Notes under the pieces: generated by a model
Database searches by the model: none
Told to the model about the DNA's origin: nothing
The model's input: the letters and a program-made list of their open reading frames with translations, nothing else
Assembly: GCF_009914755.1 (NCBI RefSeq)
Contig: NC_060926.1
Origin: the human T2T-CHM13v2.0 reference genome, Homo sapiens
Strand: one strand, 5' to 3'
DNA length: 64,000 nt
Translations under genes and position numbers: made by a program
Shown here: positions 36,605-50,849 of the stretch, piece by piece
Position numbering within the stretch: the first letter of the stretch is position 1
Layout of the letters: every line of letters starts with the position of its first letter

Positions 36605-37600
36605 TAGTTTTTTTTTCAAAGCAAAATTTACATACAAAATGCACAAATCTTGGGTGTACATTTGCTGAGTTTTGACAAATGTATAAAACCCAAACCCATA
36701 TCAACTAAAGAATACAATTATCCATTCTACTATAAAGACACATGCACACATACGTTTATTGCAGCACTATTCACAATAGCAAAGACTTGGAACCAACCCA
36801 AATGCCCATCAACGATAAACTGGATCAAGAAAATGTGGCATATATACACCATGGAATACTATGCAACCATAAAAAGGATGAGTTCATGTCCTTTGCAAGG
36901 ACATAGATGAAGCTGGAAACCATCATTCTCAGCAAACTAACACAGGAACAGAAAACCAAGCACCGCATGTTTTCACTTACAAGTGGGAGTTGAACAATGA
37001 GAACACATGGACACAAGGAGGGGAACATCACACAGCGGGGACTGTCAGGGCGTCGGGGGCTAGGGGAGGAATAGCATTGGAGAAATACCTAATGTAGATG
37101 ACGGGCTGATGGGTGCAGCAAACCACCATGGCACATGTATACCTATGAAAGAAACCTGCACGTCCTGCACTTGTATCCCAGAACTTAAAGTATTAAAAAA
37201 AAAAAAAAATACAATTATCCCAGAAGCCTGCCCCTTCCCAATCTCTGCCTATTCTCCCACAGAGGCCATTATTCCTGATTTTTTTTCCTACCATAAACAG
37301 GTTTTGTTTGTTCTAAAATTTCATATAAATGGAATCACATACACTATGTACTTTTTCATGCAAAGTTTCTTTCACCTAGCATGTTTTTGAAATTCAATCA
37401 TATTGTAGTATCAGTGGTCCATTCATTTTAATGCTGAATAGTATTCCATTTATGAATACATCAGTGTTTATCAATTTTCCTACTAGTGGATTATTTCTAG
37501 TTTTCTGCTCTTAGAATAAAGCTGTTATTAACATTTTTGTACCTATGCGCCTTGGCCCCATGCATCATTCCCTCTTGCGTAAACACCTAAGAGTGGAATT
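36605..37600 (-). mobile_element. Old L1M 3' fragment (host of the L1PA insertion)
   Basis: L1M-type minus-strand motifs on both sides of the L1PA: AAAATGCACAAATCTT...TTTTGACAAATG and TTTCATATAAATGGAATCA...TAGTATTCCATT. Confidence 0.7.
36721..37209 (+). mobile_element. 5'-truncated L1PA (ORF2 C-terminus, 3'UTR, poly-A)
   Basis: Translation YKDTCTHTFIAALFTIAKTWNQPKCPS...WIKKMWHIYTMEYY is the L1 ORF2 end. Poly-A tail. TSD AATACAATTATCC at 36711-36723 and 37208-37220. Confidence 0.95.
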
Positions 37601-38503
37601 TCTAGGGGAGGAAAAACTTATAATAGGGAATTTTAAAGGTACACAGGAGAACAAAGAATAGTACAATGAATTCCAATTAAAGCCAGCTGCAACTATATTA
37701 ATTCATAGACACTCCTGTTTCATCTGTATTCCCCCAATTACTCTGAAGTCCTAGGTATTATCATCATTTTGTCTTTAAATACTCAATATGCAAACAATAG
37801 TTTCAAATCTAGTAATTTATCATATTTATCACTGACTTATCTATGGATTAAGAGTTTAATTAAAGTAGCAATGGATAAACTTTGCTTCTCTTCACATCTT
37901 TTAAATGATGTCTCTCTACCACCTCCCTGATATCCAGAAAGTCAGTGGTATGAATTCAGATACGTTTTCTGTTGCCATTTGGAAAGGATTAGTGTTAAAT
38001 ACAAAAACTGGTCTTAATGATAAAAATAGAGAACATTACCATAGCCAACCAGATTTCCCAACTGCCAAAGCAACACCTTGACTCAACTAATCCCATGCTA
38101 TGGTATCATGTTCTAAATGAAACTACATGAGACTTAAAAATACTAGTTTTCTTAAGCAGTCCTTTGTGAGAAGGGAGGTGGTCCTCATACATCCAATACT
38201 GAACAAGGAGATAAGACGTTAAACCTTCTGGTCACCAGATTTTTGTTAGCCTTAAAAACTTGCTTGTGCTGGAAAGGGTTAGGGGAAATGAATGACCTTC
38301 TCAACCACTGCTGATGACAGTGTATACACATACCTTTTCAGAAGGCTATCTGGAAAAAACCGCACATCTTTTGATTTGGAAATTCCACTTCGAGAACTTA
38401 AGTAAATCCTAGCATAAAGCATGCAACAACGATCTTCTTCCCAGGGGTTGTTTGGAGAAAAATTGTTGACAGTGTTCACCACTGCATTAAAAGTCTGAAC
38501 CAC

Positions 38504-39305
<802 letters not shown>

Positions 39306-39504
39306 AGGACCCACTGAATAAGTTTCAGTAAGGTGAACTGTAGAGTTTGAACAGCATACACACAATAATGACAAGGGGAAAAATGACAAGTCTAGCTAGA
39401 CAAGAGGTTCAGGTAAGATATCAACACGTTAGGAAGAAGCCAAAGGACAGCATGACACAATCCAATACAACTTAATACAGCTCATTTTATTTATGGACTA
39501 ATCC

Positions 39505-39727
39505 AAGGCATCTCAACCTTGGCATTATTGGCATGGGGGGGGCTGGGGTCTTCGTTGGGGAGTGTCCTGTGCACCGCATGATGTTTAGTAGCATTCAGGC
39601 CTCTCTACCCACTAGACGTGAGCAGCACCTTCCTTCCTCAAGTCTTAACCCAAAAGGTCTCCAGATGTTGCCAAAATTCCGCTGGGGGCAGTGGGGAGTG
39701 GGTAAAATCACCTGGTTGAGTGACACG
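39505..39727 (-). mobile_element. MER20 hAT-Charlie element
   Basis: TCTCAACCTTGGCATTATTG...TGTCCTGTGCA...GATGTTTAGTAGCAT...CTACCCACTAGA...TCTCCAGATGTTGCCAAA...GGTTGAG. Confidence 0.85.
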
Positions 39728-39763
39728 AACCTAACCTTAAACTTACAATATTCTATTTCACTC

Positions 39764-40312
<549 letters not shown>

Positions 40313-41413
40313 TTAAGCAGCCTACAATCTAAGGGCAAAACCCGCAACGTCAATGAGTTTTTAAATCTTATTACACTATTGTGTGTATAAGAAAGTCTTC
40401 AATATTACAGACTAGGAGTTTTGCCCATCACAGGTCTACCTTCCTCGTTAGAAGCATTAATGTCTTATATTTATTAAAATGCACAAATTCCTCAAAACAG
40501 AAATTCACACCATGGTCTTAAGTGAGCTGCCATGTACTTAGGGCCTACTGTGTTTCATGTCATAAGCAGTTACACCACTTGGGTTAAAATCCTTGCTCTT
40601 AACACTTACTAGCTTTGTAATCTTGACCACATTACTAACTTCTTTATGCCTCATTTTCCTCAACTCTGAAACAGAGATACTATCAACCTACCTTAGGGGA
40701 GCAAAGTGAGTATAAAGTGCTTAAAATAGTGTTTAGTGTGCAGTGAATACCTGGTAAATGTTAATTATGAGCCATTATTCTAACTACAAGCCCATAAAGG
40801 CAGGCACCATCATCAATTTACAGAAGAGAGAGAGTCTGAGGGATTAAGAAATTTGCCAGAGTCCACGAAAATAAAAGGTAATGGAGCAACGATTCAAAAA
40901 TTGATTCAGAGCCCATACTTTTTCCACTGTGTCAATAAAATCACATTCAGATTCATTAACTATGAAGAAAAACATATCAGTCTTACTAAAAAATAATGAG
41001 CAGCGTAAGACATTTTTTATTAAGAGATTAAATTTAAACACAACTAAATTCAAGCGTACTACTCAATTAAGGTTACAAAGCTTTTACACTAAGACAGACA
41101 ACTTCCAGAGATTCCCTACATACTATTTTAACTCTCATTTTTAAAAATTGCGATATGCACTTTAGTTTCTGAAATTGTTTATGCATTATGCTGAAGTAAT
41201 TTACTGAAATTCTACTAGAACTGATGTACAGGAGAGGATAATATGATGTCTAAGATAGAAATTATCTTGTATACACTCAAACTGCCTGGTTCTTATTCCA
41301 AGGTCACTGACTTTGTAAATGACAGATTTTGTTCCCAAGTCCCAGAAGAGCTTTGTGAACCCCTCTAACTTTTTCCATTTGCCCTTCCCTCACATCCAAG
41401 TTCTTCTTAATGA

Positions 41414-41744
<331 letters not shown>

Positions 41745-42563
41745 AAAGCCCAGTTTTTTTGTGTCTAAATTTTGCTCTTGCCAACACTCAGTAAGATCAC
41801 CAATGACTTCTGCCTCACTTCTTTCTGAAGCCATTTCCCTAAAGTCACCAGTTTTCAACCTGTCATGTATTCTTCAATCTGGACTTTAAAAACTACTCAT
41901 TTAAGAGGTGGAAGGATGTCAGAGCAGAGCAGAATGGCTAGGACCTGCATTACTCTACAGCCCCAAACCATGAGAACTCGAAGAGACTTAGAAAGTTAAG
42001 CCCAAAGTCTTCGGTTTTACAATGACACTGAGAGACAGCTCTAACTGGATGAAATCTTAACTCCCCTCATCTTAGAGAGTTTGGTTCACTTATAGTTCTT
42101 TACTCTTGGATTTTAACATTTTTTTGTGCTTCCACGGTTCAGTAACCTCTTTCAATACCGTGATTATCAAAAGGGTTGAGAGTTGTTCACACAGTTATTT
42201 TGAATACATGGTTTAAGTAATTCTGCCCCAACCTACTCTATGAAAGGGAGGAGGCTGAGAATATCTGCTCTTTTCTACCAAAAATTTAGCTATCCTTCAT
42301 GTTACTTTAACTAGTCTTCTATAATCACCAAGTTAGTCTCACCTCCTCCACACCAAATCTTTCTTCCTGTTCACCAAAGGAAAAAAAGAAAACCCTATGT
42401 TAGCACGCATGTTCAAAAACTTTAGGTGTTACTCTACTTTCCTAGACTCCTTATTAAATTACTAACTCATCAATTATCACTTGTCTTATAACTTCCTTAT
42501 CTGTCAGTTCAGATCACAGACTGGTTAGTCAGCCCTCAAACCACGAATTCTAGATGCTGCTAC

Positions 42564-42702
42564 ATGTACAGTGGTGCTGACATCTGTAATCCCAGGACTC
42601 TGGGAGGCCAAGTCATGAGGACTGCTTGAGGCCAGAAGTTCAAGACCAGCCTGGGCGTAACAAGATCCCATCTCTACAATAAATAAATAAAACTTTAAAA
42701 AA
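42564..42702 (+). mobile_element. FLAM / Alu left monomer
   Basis: Single monomer with an A-rich tail. Confidence 0.85.
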
Positions 42703-45172
42703 ACCAGTTTCCCATGAACCAAATGAAGAAACCCCCCTTACTCCAATCTTCTATAAATGATGATGGCTGCCTTCCTTTCCAGGCTTGTCTCCTGCAGCAA
42801 CTCTGCACATGAACTCTGCTCCAGCCACGCCGACACACTGTTCCCCGAACAAGCCCTACCCCGGATATTCCTTTAATACTGACACCTCCGCCAGCCTCTT
42901 CCCTCAACGTTCACCCCAAAAAAACGGTATCTTTGTGAAGCCTTTTCAAAGGTTTCTATTTCCTTCAGACTACATAGCATTGTGTTCATTAACCATCTGA
43001 TGGGAATATTGTGGTATTTATGTTTGTGTATCTCTCACATGCTCTCTAAATTATAAATCATCAGAGGGCAAAATCCACGGTTCTGTTTTGTTCCTCCCCA
43101 TATTGCTCAGAGCACAGTGCCTGGCACACAGAAAGCTCTCAATACAGTTGCCAACTTGAAGAAGTGCTTTCCCAAGATATTTTTTATAGGTTGGCCACCA
43201 AGCCCCAGTTAGCCTCTTAAGCCATTTTATGAATATTTCATTTATGCCTTGGTGTCTCGGATTCATCAAACTAAACTATTCTATGTCTTCTCAGTATATA
43301 AAAGAGACTGTCCTAAATTCAGGGGTTGTCCCCATTGAAATGGTCTGTATGAAAGTTCTATTCTAATAACACCTGGTCTCTCTCTCAAGCTACGTATCAA
43401 CTAAGCAAAACTCTTCCCCGACTTACGCCATCATAAAAAGCAGAATTTGTAAGAGCCACAAAATAAAACGAATATTCCTTTGGCTCAGAGTCACCTTGCT
43501 CGAGAACAAGAAAAATCACGCGGTGATTCTGAATTGCTTCAAGGTAACTAATTGAAAAGCAATAAACTGAACAGAAATGAAATATGCTGTAAGAGTATCC
43601 AAAATACATACATAGAAAACCTTAACATATGGAATTCTTATGAGTCTTCCCTTGGTAACAGATAATGCTGTTAACAGCCATTACCATATGTTACTCAAGT
43701 TGAAGTCTACCACTACTTTCAAGTTGGCAAAATTTTTTAATACGAGCAATTCAGTCCAAAAAGCTTTTACAAGTGCTTCTTCAATGCCAAGCAGGGACTG
43801 GAAGCTAAGAGCACACGGAAGAATACAACGAAGTTTTGACTTCATAAAGTAAATAATCTTAAGTTTTCTCCACTTTAGTACACACTGTCTGCATTACTTT
43901 CTTTGCCTCTTTACCAGTTATTTCCATCAGCCATGATTTTGTCCGGATCGCCTGTCATCGTATTAGAAAAATAGATAGGTTAAAAAAGTTTCGTGGATTT
44001 TTTTTTTTTAAACAAGGGGTGGGGAACATATTCCCTGCCCCACCATTCTGATGAGATGAAGAAAGGCGGCTTGGGGGGTGGGGGTGGGGGAGGAGGCCAG
44101 GGAGAAATTATTTCTTCCATTCCCTTTTGAAAAATCCCCAGTCTAGTATGCTTGTCTATCAAAGCCCACCTAAAATATGATGTGCACAAACACATCAAAA
44201 ATAAGTAGGCCTCTTGTAAAAGTGACACTTAAAAGGCAAACCATATGAGATTATTTCCCATTTTATTCATAGAAATGACTCTTGGCAGCACTGAAACATT
44301 TAAAAACACTCCTGGATATAATGCTGGTATTTCAGTTTTAAAAACTTATCCTACGGATCAAAAGATCCATGGAATGACAAAGCTAAAAATGTTCTCTCTC
44401 ACTAATAAGGGTGAATCACAGCAGCCACCTACTCCACCCAACAATCGTCCTTGCTAAGACTGGACAGTTCAAAACCTGGAAAGCTTTCCTTGTCTGCTCC
44501 ACACTGGAAACGAATTCACTTCAACACTAGTGTTTAAGCACAGGTGTGCAACAGCAAGGAAATGTTATTAAATGTTGAAATTTACCAGGACATTGTGTTC
44601 TTCAGATACAGCTGTGTCCTTTTCACATTTCCCGAACTCCCCTCCTCTCCTGTTTATGGGGGGTGGGGGGGAGCACAACAGATACTCTTACTTGAAAAAT
44701 AAAGTATCTGTTCAGATTTTCTAAGTAAATTTCCATTACTGGGTTTGGGAAAAAATCCCTACTACATTGTCTGTAACAAAAAGGTGCCTGCGCCTTCTTT
44801 CAACTGCCTGAAGCTTGTGAACCGACTGAATACATTTAAAGGGCTCACAGATCTCAGGACGCAGTCTCCCCGCACAAGAAACTTAAAAACGCCTTTCAGT
44901 CTCGCAGAGACCTACTTGGATGTTTCCAAGTTCCGTCGTTTGGTAGCTACCCAGCATCTGGGGCGAAAAAAAAGGACTTATCCTTGGAAAAGCGGCTTCT
45001 TGAGTCTCAACAACCGGAGGGACACAGTAGGGAAGTCAGGGCTCACCTAAAACCCTCCACCCCAGCAGACAGTCCGGCAAGCCCCGGCTCACGTTTGTTT
45101 CCGTGCCCGCGAAACTCTCAATGAAAAGCATCTCACAAAAGGCCTCCCCTGCTCCCCGCGCCGAGGACTCAC

Positions 45173-45466
45173 CAGCACCGTGGTGCAGATGGATCTCAGC
45201 TCGGACTCCACTTTCTCCCGATAGTCCTTAATCAGCTGCAACTTCTTGTCGGAGGTGTCGGTCTTCTGCTCGATGCTAGAGATGACCCTCCAGGCGGACC
45301 TGCGGCCCCCGACCACGTTCTTGTAGGCCACGGAGAGCAGGTTGCGCTCCTCGTTGGACAGCTCGGCGCCCTGCTCGGTCACTGCCTTCATGCAGGTGGC
45401 CATGTCGTCGTAGCGCTCGGCCTGCTCGGCCAGCTTGGCCTTCTGGATCAGCTCAGTCTTCTCCAT
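45173..45466 (-). CDS. YWHAQ: 14-3-3 theta, coding part of exon 2 (aa 1-98, [22 protein letters not shown]...ICTTVL)
   Basis: Translation is the 14-3-3 theta N-terminus and includes the [13 protein letters not shown] signature. Strong Kozak context (cccgccATGG). Donor CTG|gtgagt at 45172. 294 nt, phase 0. Confidence 0.99.
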
Positions 45467-45548
45467 GGCGGGCGCGGGGCCGGGGCCGGGGCGGAGGGCG
45501 AGGAGAGCGAGGGCGAGCGCCGACCCGCAGCGGGAGGAGCCTCGAGAG
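45467..45548 (-). other. YWHAQ: YWHAQ exon 2 5'UTR portion (82 nt)
   Basis: C-rich acceptor gcccctccgcag|CTCTCGAG, with the AG at 45550-45549. Confidence 0.88.
45476..45492. repeat. (GGGGCC)2GGGGC hexamer repeat in the YWHAQ 5'UTR
   Basis: Read directly from the + strand; ends 9 nt upstream of the ATG. Confidence 0.9.
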
Positions 45549-45954
45549 CTGCGGAGGGGCGGGGCGGCGAGGCGAGAACAAAAAGCAGAGAGGGAGCGCC
45601 GTCAGACAATGCGGCCCGCCGCCCGCTTTTGTCTCCCGCACACGCGGCCGCTTGAATTTCCCTCTCCCCCGCCCCCTCCCCCGCTGGGCACCCGGGGAGG
45701 CCGCGGCCCGCGGCTGGAGGAGGCGGGGGCGGCGCGGAGGCCCCGCGCGCAGGGAGCCCGAGCCGCGGCCGCTCCCGCCACCCCCGCCCGGCCGGCCCAA
45801 GATGGAAGCGACCGTTGGCCCCGCACCTTCCCGCCCGGAGCCGTCCCTGAGGGGAGCGGCATCGACAACCGGCTGCTCTCAAGGGCGGCACCTCCGCCCG
45901 GCCCTCAATCCGAGCGCGGCCGGAGGAAGCCCGCGGGCCGACCCAGGCGCTCAC

Positions 45955-46011
45955 CTTCACGTCTCCGCGGCCGCGACGCGAGTCCCACCACTTTGATCTG
46001 CTTTTGGCTTT
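45955..46011 (-). other. YWHAQ: YWHAQ non-coding exon 1 (TSS approximate)
   Basis: Strong donor GAAG|gtgagc at 45954. Lies just downstream of the GC and CCAAT boxes. Matches the YWHAQ mRNA leader as I recall it. Confidence 0.8.
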
Positions 46012-46248
46012 AGCTGAGGACCCTCCCGTGTCAGCCTACCCCGGGGCCGAGGGGCGGTCCACCGCCCAATGATGCGCCGAGCTTGTCCCGAGAGTCCCGC
46101 CCCCAGCGCGCCGCTGGCCAATGAGGACCGAGCGCGCGGAAGGGGGCGAGGGGGGCGGAGCGGGAGGGAACGCGGAGGCTAGGAGGGTGGGTCGGTACGG
46201 GGAAGTTCGGTTGGCCGGCAGGCTGCGGCTTCGGCCACGGGGTTTCCT

Positions 46249-46293
46249 CCAATTAGATCCAGGGTAAAAGGACGTCACTGTTGCCATGGCGAT
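46249..46293 (-). promoter_or_regulatory. RFX X-box + CRE-like + inverted CCAAT (Y-box) cluster
   Basis: GTTGCCATGGCGAT at 46280-46293 (RFX palindrome GTTGCCATGGCAAC with 2 mismatches), GACGTCA at 46271-46277 and CCAAT at 46249-46253. Confidence 0.65.
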
Positions 46294-48209
46294 GCCGTTA
46301 CCAACTCCCCTCAGCCTCCCCGCCACCCCGGCACTTCTGGGTGCGGCACGAGACCCAGAGGCGCGCACGACCTCCTAGGCGGCGGCTGCGTCTCCCGCTG
46401 CGGATGGTGCATTGCATCTCACGGGCTCTGGCCGAGGCTGGACTTCGGAGGGTGACATATTCAGCTGTTTTAGAGCACGGGGGCCTTTCTTTCCTCCACC
46501 TTTCTATCCGTGACAAAGGTTTGGATCCCAAGACACTAAACCCAGACCTTAATGACGTTGCCATTAGGGCTCCGAATTAAGCAAACCGCATCCCCATTAA
46601 AGAAGAATTGATTCTGGAGACGGTGTCTTCAGTATGGCATTTACATGATAAATTCAAGTTTTCAGATGGGCATCCTAAAACAAAAAATTCCCTTGTGAAA
46701 AGGTAGGTCCCAGAAGATCCAGGGGAGTTTCTGTGACAATGCCAAGTATTGTGGTTTTCTTTAAAATGAGAAATGACATTAAGCACAATTTGCAGGAAAA
46801 CACCTATTACTACCCCTTCCCACCCCCGCAAAAAAAAACCCTGCCCATAACATCTCTCCCCGCAAAAAAAAAGCAATTTTTATGTATCTTTTAGGCTTTC
46901 CAGGTTATGCACCTAAATACATCATTTTTCACATCGTTGTCACATGTGCACACGCTTTTGTTTCTGGTATTATTTGTGAGAGGTCACTTGAAAAGCTGAA
47001 ATCCTCTCCCTGGATGTTGATTTCTGATTTTCTCCTCCTGGGGAACACCCTGCTGAAGCGAGAAAGATTCCCCCAGGCCCCTCCCATTCAGGGTCATCCC
47101 TGGCAGCTCCCTTTCCTCTTAAACCACTCCTGTCTCTCCTTGCACTTCCCCAGTTCCCTAACTCCATCCAGGTAGGGTGGCTGCCCTGCCCGTCTGGCGC
47201 GTGGTCCCTGTGCCATCTTAAGATGAGAATTGCCCTCTGGGTTCACGCTGCTATGATCCCGATTCCAGCAGGTCTAAGGAGAATGGATCATAGAAGGCCC
47301 AAGAATGCCACAGGCAAGAAAGAATTTCCCATTCTGAGTGGAGACTGGAGCAAATCCGGAGAATCTCTAGAATGGGAGATTTGAGAGTGCAGACAGATGG
47401 GAGGAGAAGGTGCCGACTTTCCAGAAATTCAGACTCCCTCTTGACTGCCCCTCCCTGTCCTGACTTGTGAAGGTTGCTTTGTGCTTTGACAGACAGGAGC
47501 GGCCTGGATTGGAAAGGGCCTGTGTCTTAATGCAGAAATGCCTTACTATGTTCCAGCCTTCTAATGGAGGGCCCTGCTGTTATTTCTGGAATCCCTGGGG
47601 CCCCGCTACAGACACATGAGTGTTTATGGCCCTGTGGGCTGGGGTGGAGCTGGACACCGAGAAATCCCAATGGAAAGAATTTGCATGTGGAAGGTCAGAT
47701 AAAATGCCTTCTGTATGACCAGTGAATTTCAAGCTCACCAAAATTAGAGGCAACCCGGGCAAGGGGAGAAGCCAGTGGAGGTGGATGGGGGATAGAGACC
47801 CAGGAGAGGAAATTGTCAGGGGATGGAACCTCTGTGGTAGAGAGGGACTACCAGAAGGAGCAAGCACACTAAATTCTTTGTCAGAAAGTCTAGGCTGTGC
47901 TGTGGTCTCCCCCAGTGACCTTGGGCAAGTTTTTGCTGCTTTCTGTACCTTAGTCTCTGAAATTTCTGCTTTCATTCAATCAAATATTTATTGAACACCA
48001 ACTCATCTAGTTGCAATCATCTGGAATCATGGGTAAAAACTGCTTCCAACCAATAACACAGTATAAAATTGCATTTTAGGAAGATTCAGAGGACCCTCTA
48101 CATAGCTAAAGGCTTCTGTGCCTGAAAGAACTCGGGTTGGAGAGAAACAAGGCTCTGGGAACTTGAAGTCCCTGGACACAGAAAGAGCTAACCTGTGTTG
48201 AGTGATTGC

Positions 48210-48440
48210 ATATGTCAAGCACTATTTTAAGTCTTTTGCAAGAATTAACTTATCCAATCTGCTTAATGCAACTACAAAGTAGGTGTTATTATACTCACTA
48301 TCTCTATTTCACAGACAAGGAAATTAAGGCACAGGGTGGTCAAGCATGACGTACAGGGCCACACAGCTAGAGAGCGGCAGAACCTTGGATATGGACCCCA
48401 TGCAGTTTGGGTGCCAAAGCCCATCTTTTTAACCACTGCT
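48210..48440. mobile_element. MIR
   Basis: ATTTCACAGACAAGGAAATTAAGGCACAG...CACACAGCTAG core. Confidence 0.7.
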
Positions 48441-48825
48441 GAGGCTGCCTCACCAAGTCTCCCCAGATCTCTGCTAGATGCTGTAGAGATCCTAGGACGG
48501 ATCAGACCAGCCTCTGTCTTCTAGGAGCTTCACCCTAATAAATGTGAAACCTGTTAAGCATCACATCCAACATACTGGGAAGAAGTGCAGGGAACAGACA
48601 GCTAGCAAAGGGAGTACTGAGAAATTATTACTTTATTTATGAAGTTCTTATTATTTTTTCTAAGTTACCTGGTATGAAGAAGCTCCTGGAACAAAAAGGA
48701 GCACATTAACATGGAGCCAGAAGACCCTAAATTCAGCCCTGCTATTTATATGTGATTTGACCTTGGATACCTTGATCTTCTCTGAAACTGAATTCTCTCT
48801 ACCTGTAATCTATAAAAATAATCCC

Positions 48826-49111
48826 AGCTGGGCACAGTGGCTCATGTCTGTAATCCCAACACTTTGGGAGGTCGGGGTGGGTGGATTGCTTGAGCCCAAG
48901 AGTTCCAGACCAGTGTAGGCAACATGTCAAAAACCTGTCTCTACAAAAAACATAAAAATTAGCTGGGTGTGATGGCGTATGCGTGTAGTCCCAGCTACCC
49001 GGGAGGCTGAACATGGGAGGATCGCCTGAGGCCAGAAGGTCGAGGCTGGCATGAGCCATGATTGCACCACTGTACTCCAGCCTAGGCAACAGAGTGAGAC
49101 CCTGTCTCAAA
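48826..49111 (+). mobile_element. Alu (J-like)
   Basis: Diverged dimer. Confidence 0.92.
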
Positions 49112-49730
49112 AATCATCATCATCATCGCTACATCAAAGAGTTGTTTGGAGATTAGATGAGCTGTCACATAGGGAAATGCTGAGCATATAGCAAGTGTTC
49201 CATAAGTAGTGTTTTCTTCTTTCCTTCTTTCCCTCTGCTTGGGGGTGGGGTACGGCGCTGGCAGGATGCTATCCTGCTGCAAGGAGCCTTAGAACTTTAT
49301 TAAATGTTTAGTGAAAGCTTATCTCTTGAATCATTGTTGTAATTAGTGCAGTTAATGGTCTACAGAATGGCTACATTCCATGTACATTTCAGAATGAATG
49401 AGTCCTTCAGGTTAAGCTCACTCTCATAAATCGTTTCAGTGATTTATTTGCTCAGACCAGTGGATCACCAGAAACTTCTTCCTTTCCTGCCATATGGCAG
49501 CTAGTTTAGTGACAAGCAAACATCTGAGTGGGACTTTTCACCCAAACTCTTCATATAATTATTATTGGTGCTTCTGTGCAGTGGGCAGAGAAAGTTGCCC
49601 CCCAACTCTGGCCTGTGGGTGCTAAATGAGGTTTCGTAGAGTCACACACAGGCAGGGAAATCAAGGGAGCCTGGTCAAGAAAGTTTTTCTACATATTCCT
49701 TAGTTTGAAACTTGATTCACTTTGTTCAGG

Positions 49731-50490
<760 letters not shown>

Positions 50491-50540
50491 ATTCTGTTGA
50501 ATGCATTTAGTAACCTTTTTTTTTTTTACCCAACAAATGA

Positions 50541-50849
<309 letters not shown>

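Larger units (their letters stand above)
45050..46450. promoter_or_regulatory. CpG island / TATA-less YWHAQ promoter
   Basis: Abrupt, very GC- and CpG-rich block against AT-rich flanks. GC boxes at 46051-46057, 46096-46103 and 46151-46160. CCAAT at 46066, 46118 and 46249. Confidence 0.95.

Noticed and set aside
36650-37031. ORFs with L1 ORF2-like peptide
   Set aside because: 5'-truncated L1PA remnant, not an autonomous gene.
45089-45172. C-terminal extension (VSPRRGEQ...) of the 125-aa ORF
   Set aside because: Read-through past the canonical exon 2 donor into intron 2.
45467-45962. N-terminally extended 14-3-3 theta from near-cognate starts
   Set aside because: The GTG and CTG codons I checked in the spliced leader are out of frame, and the in-frame ACG in exon 1 is followed immediately by TGA. 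There is no upstream ATG.
45435-46013. 192-aa antisense ORF and other overlapping Arg/Pro/Gly/Ala-rich ORFs across the CpG island
   Set aside because: Stop codons are rare in very GC-rich DNA. The translations are low complexity, show no recognisable domain and span intron 1.
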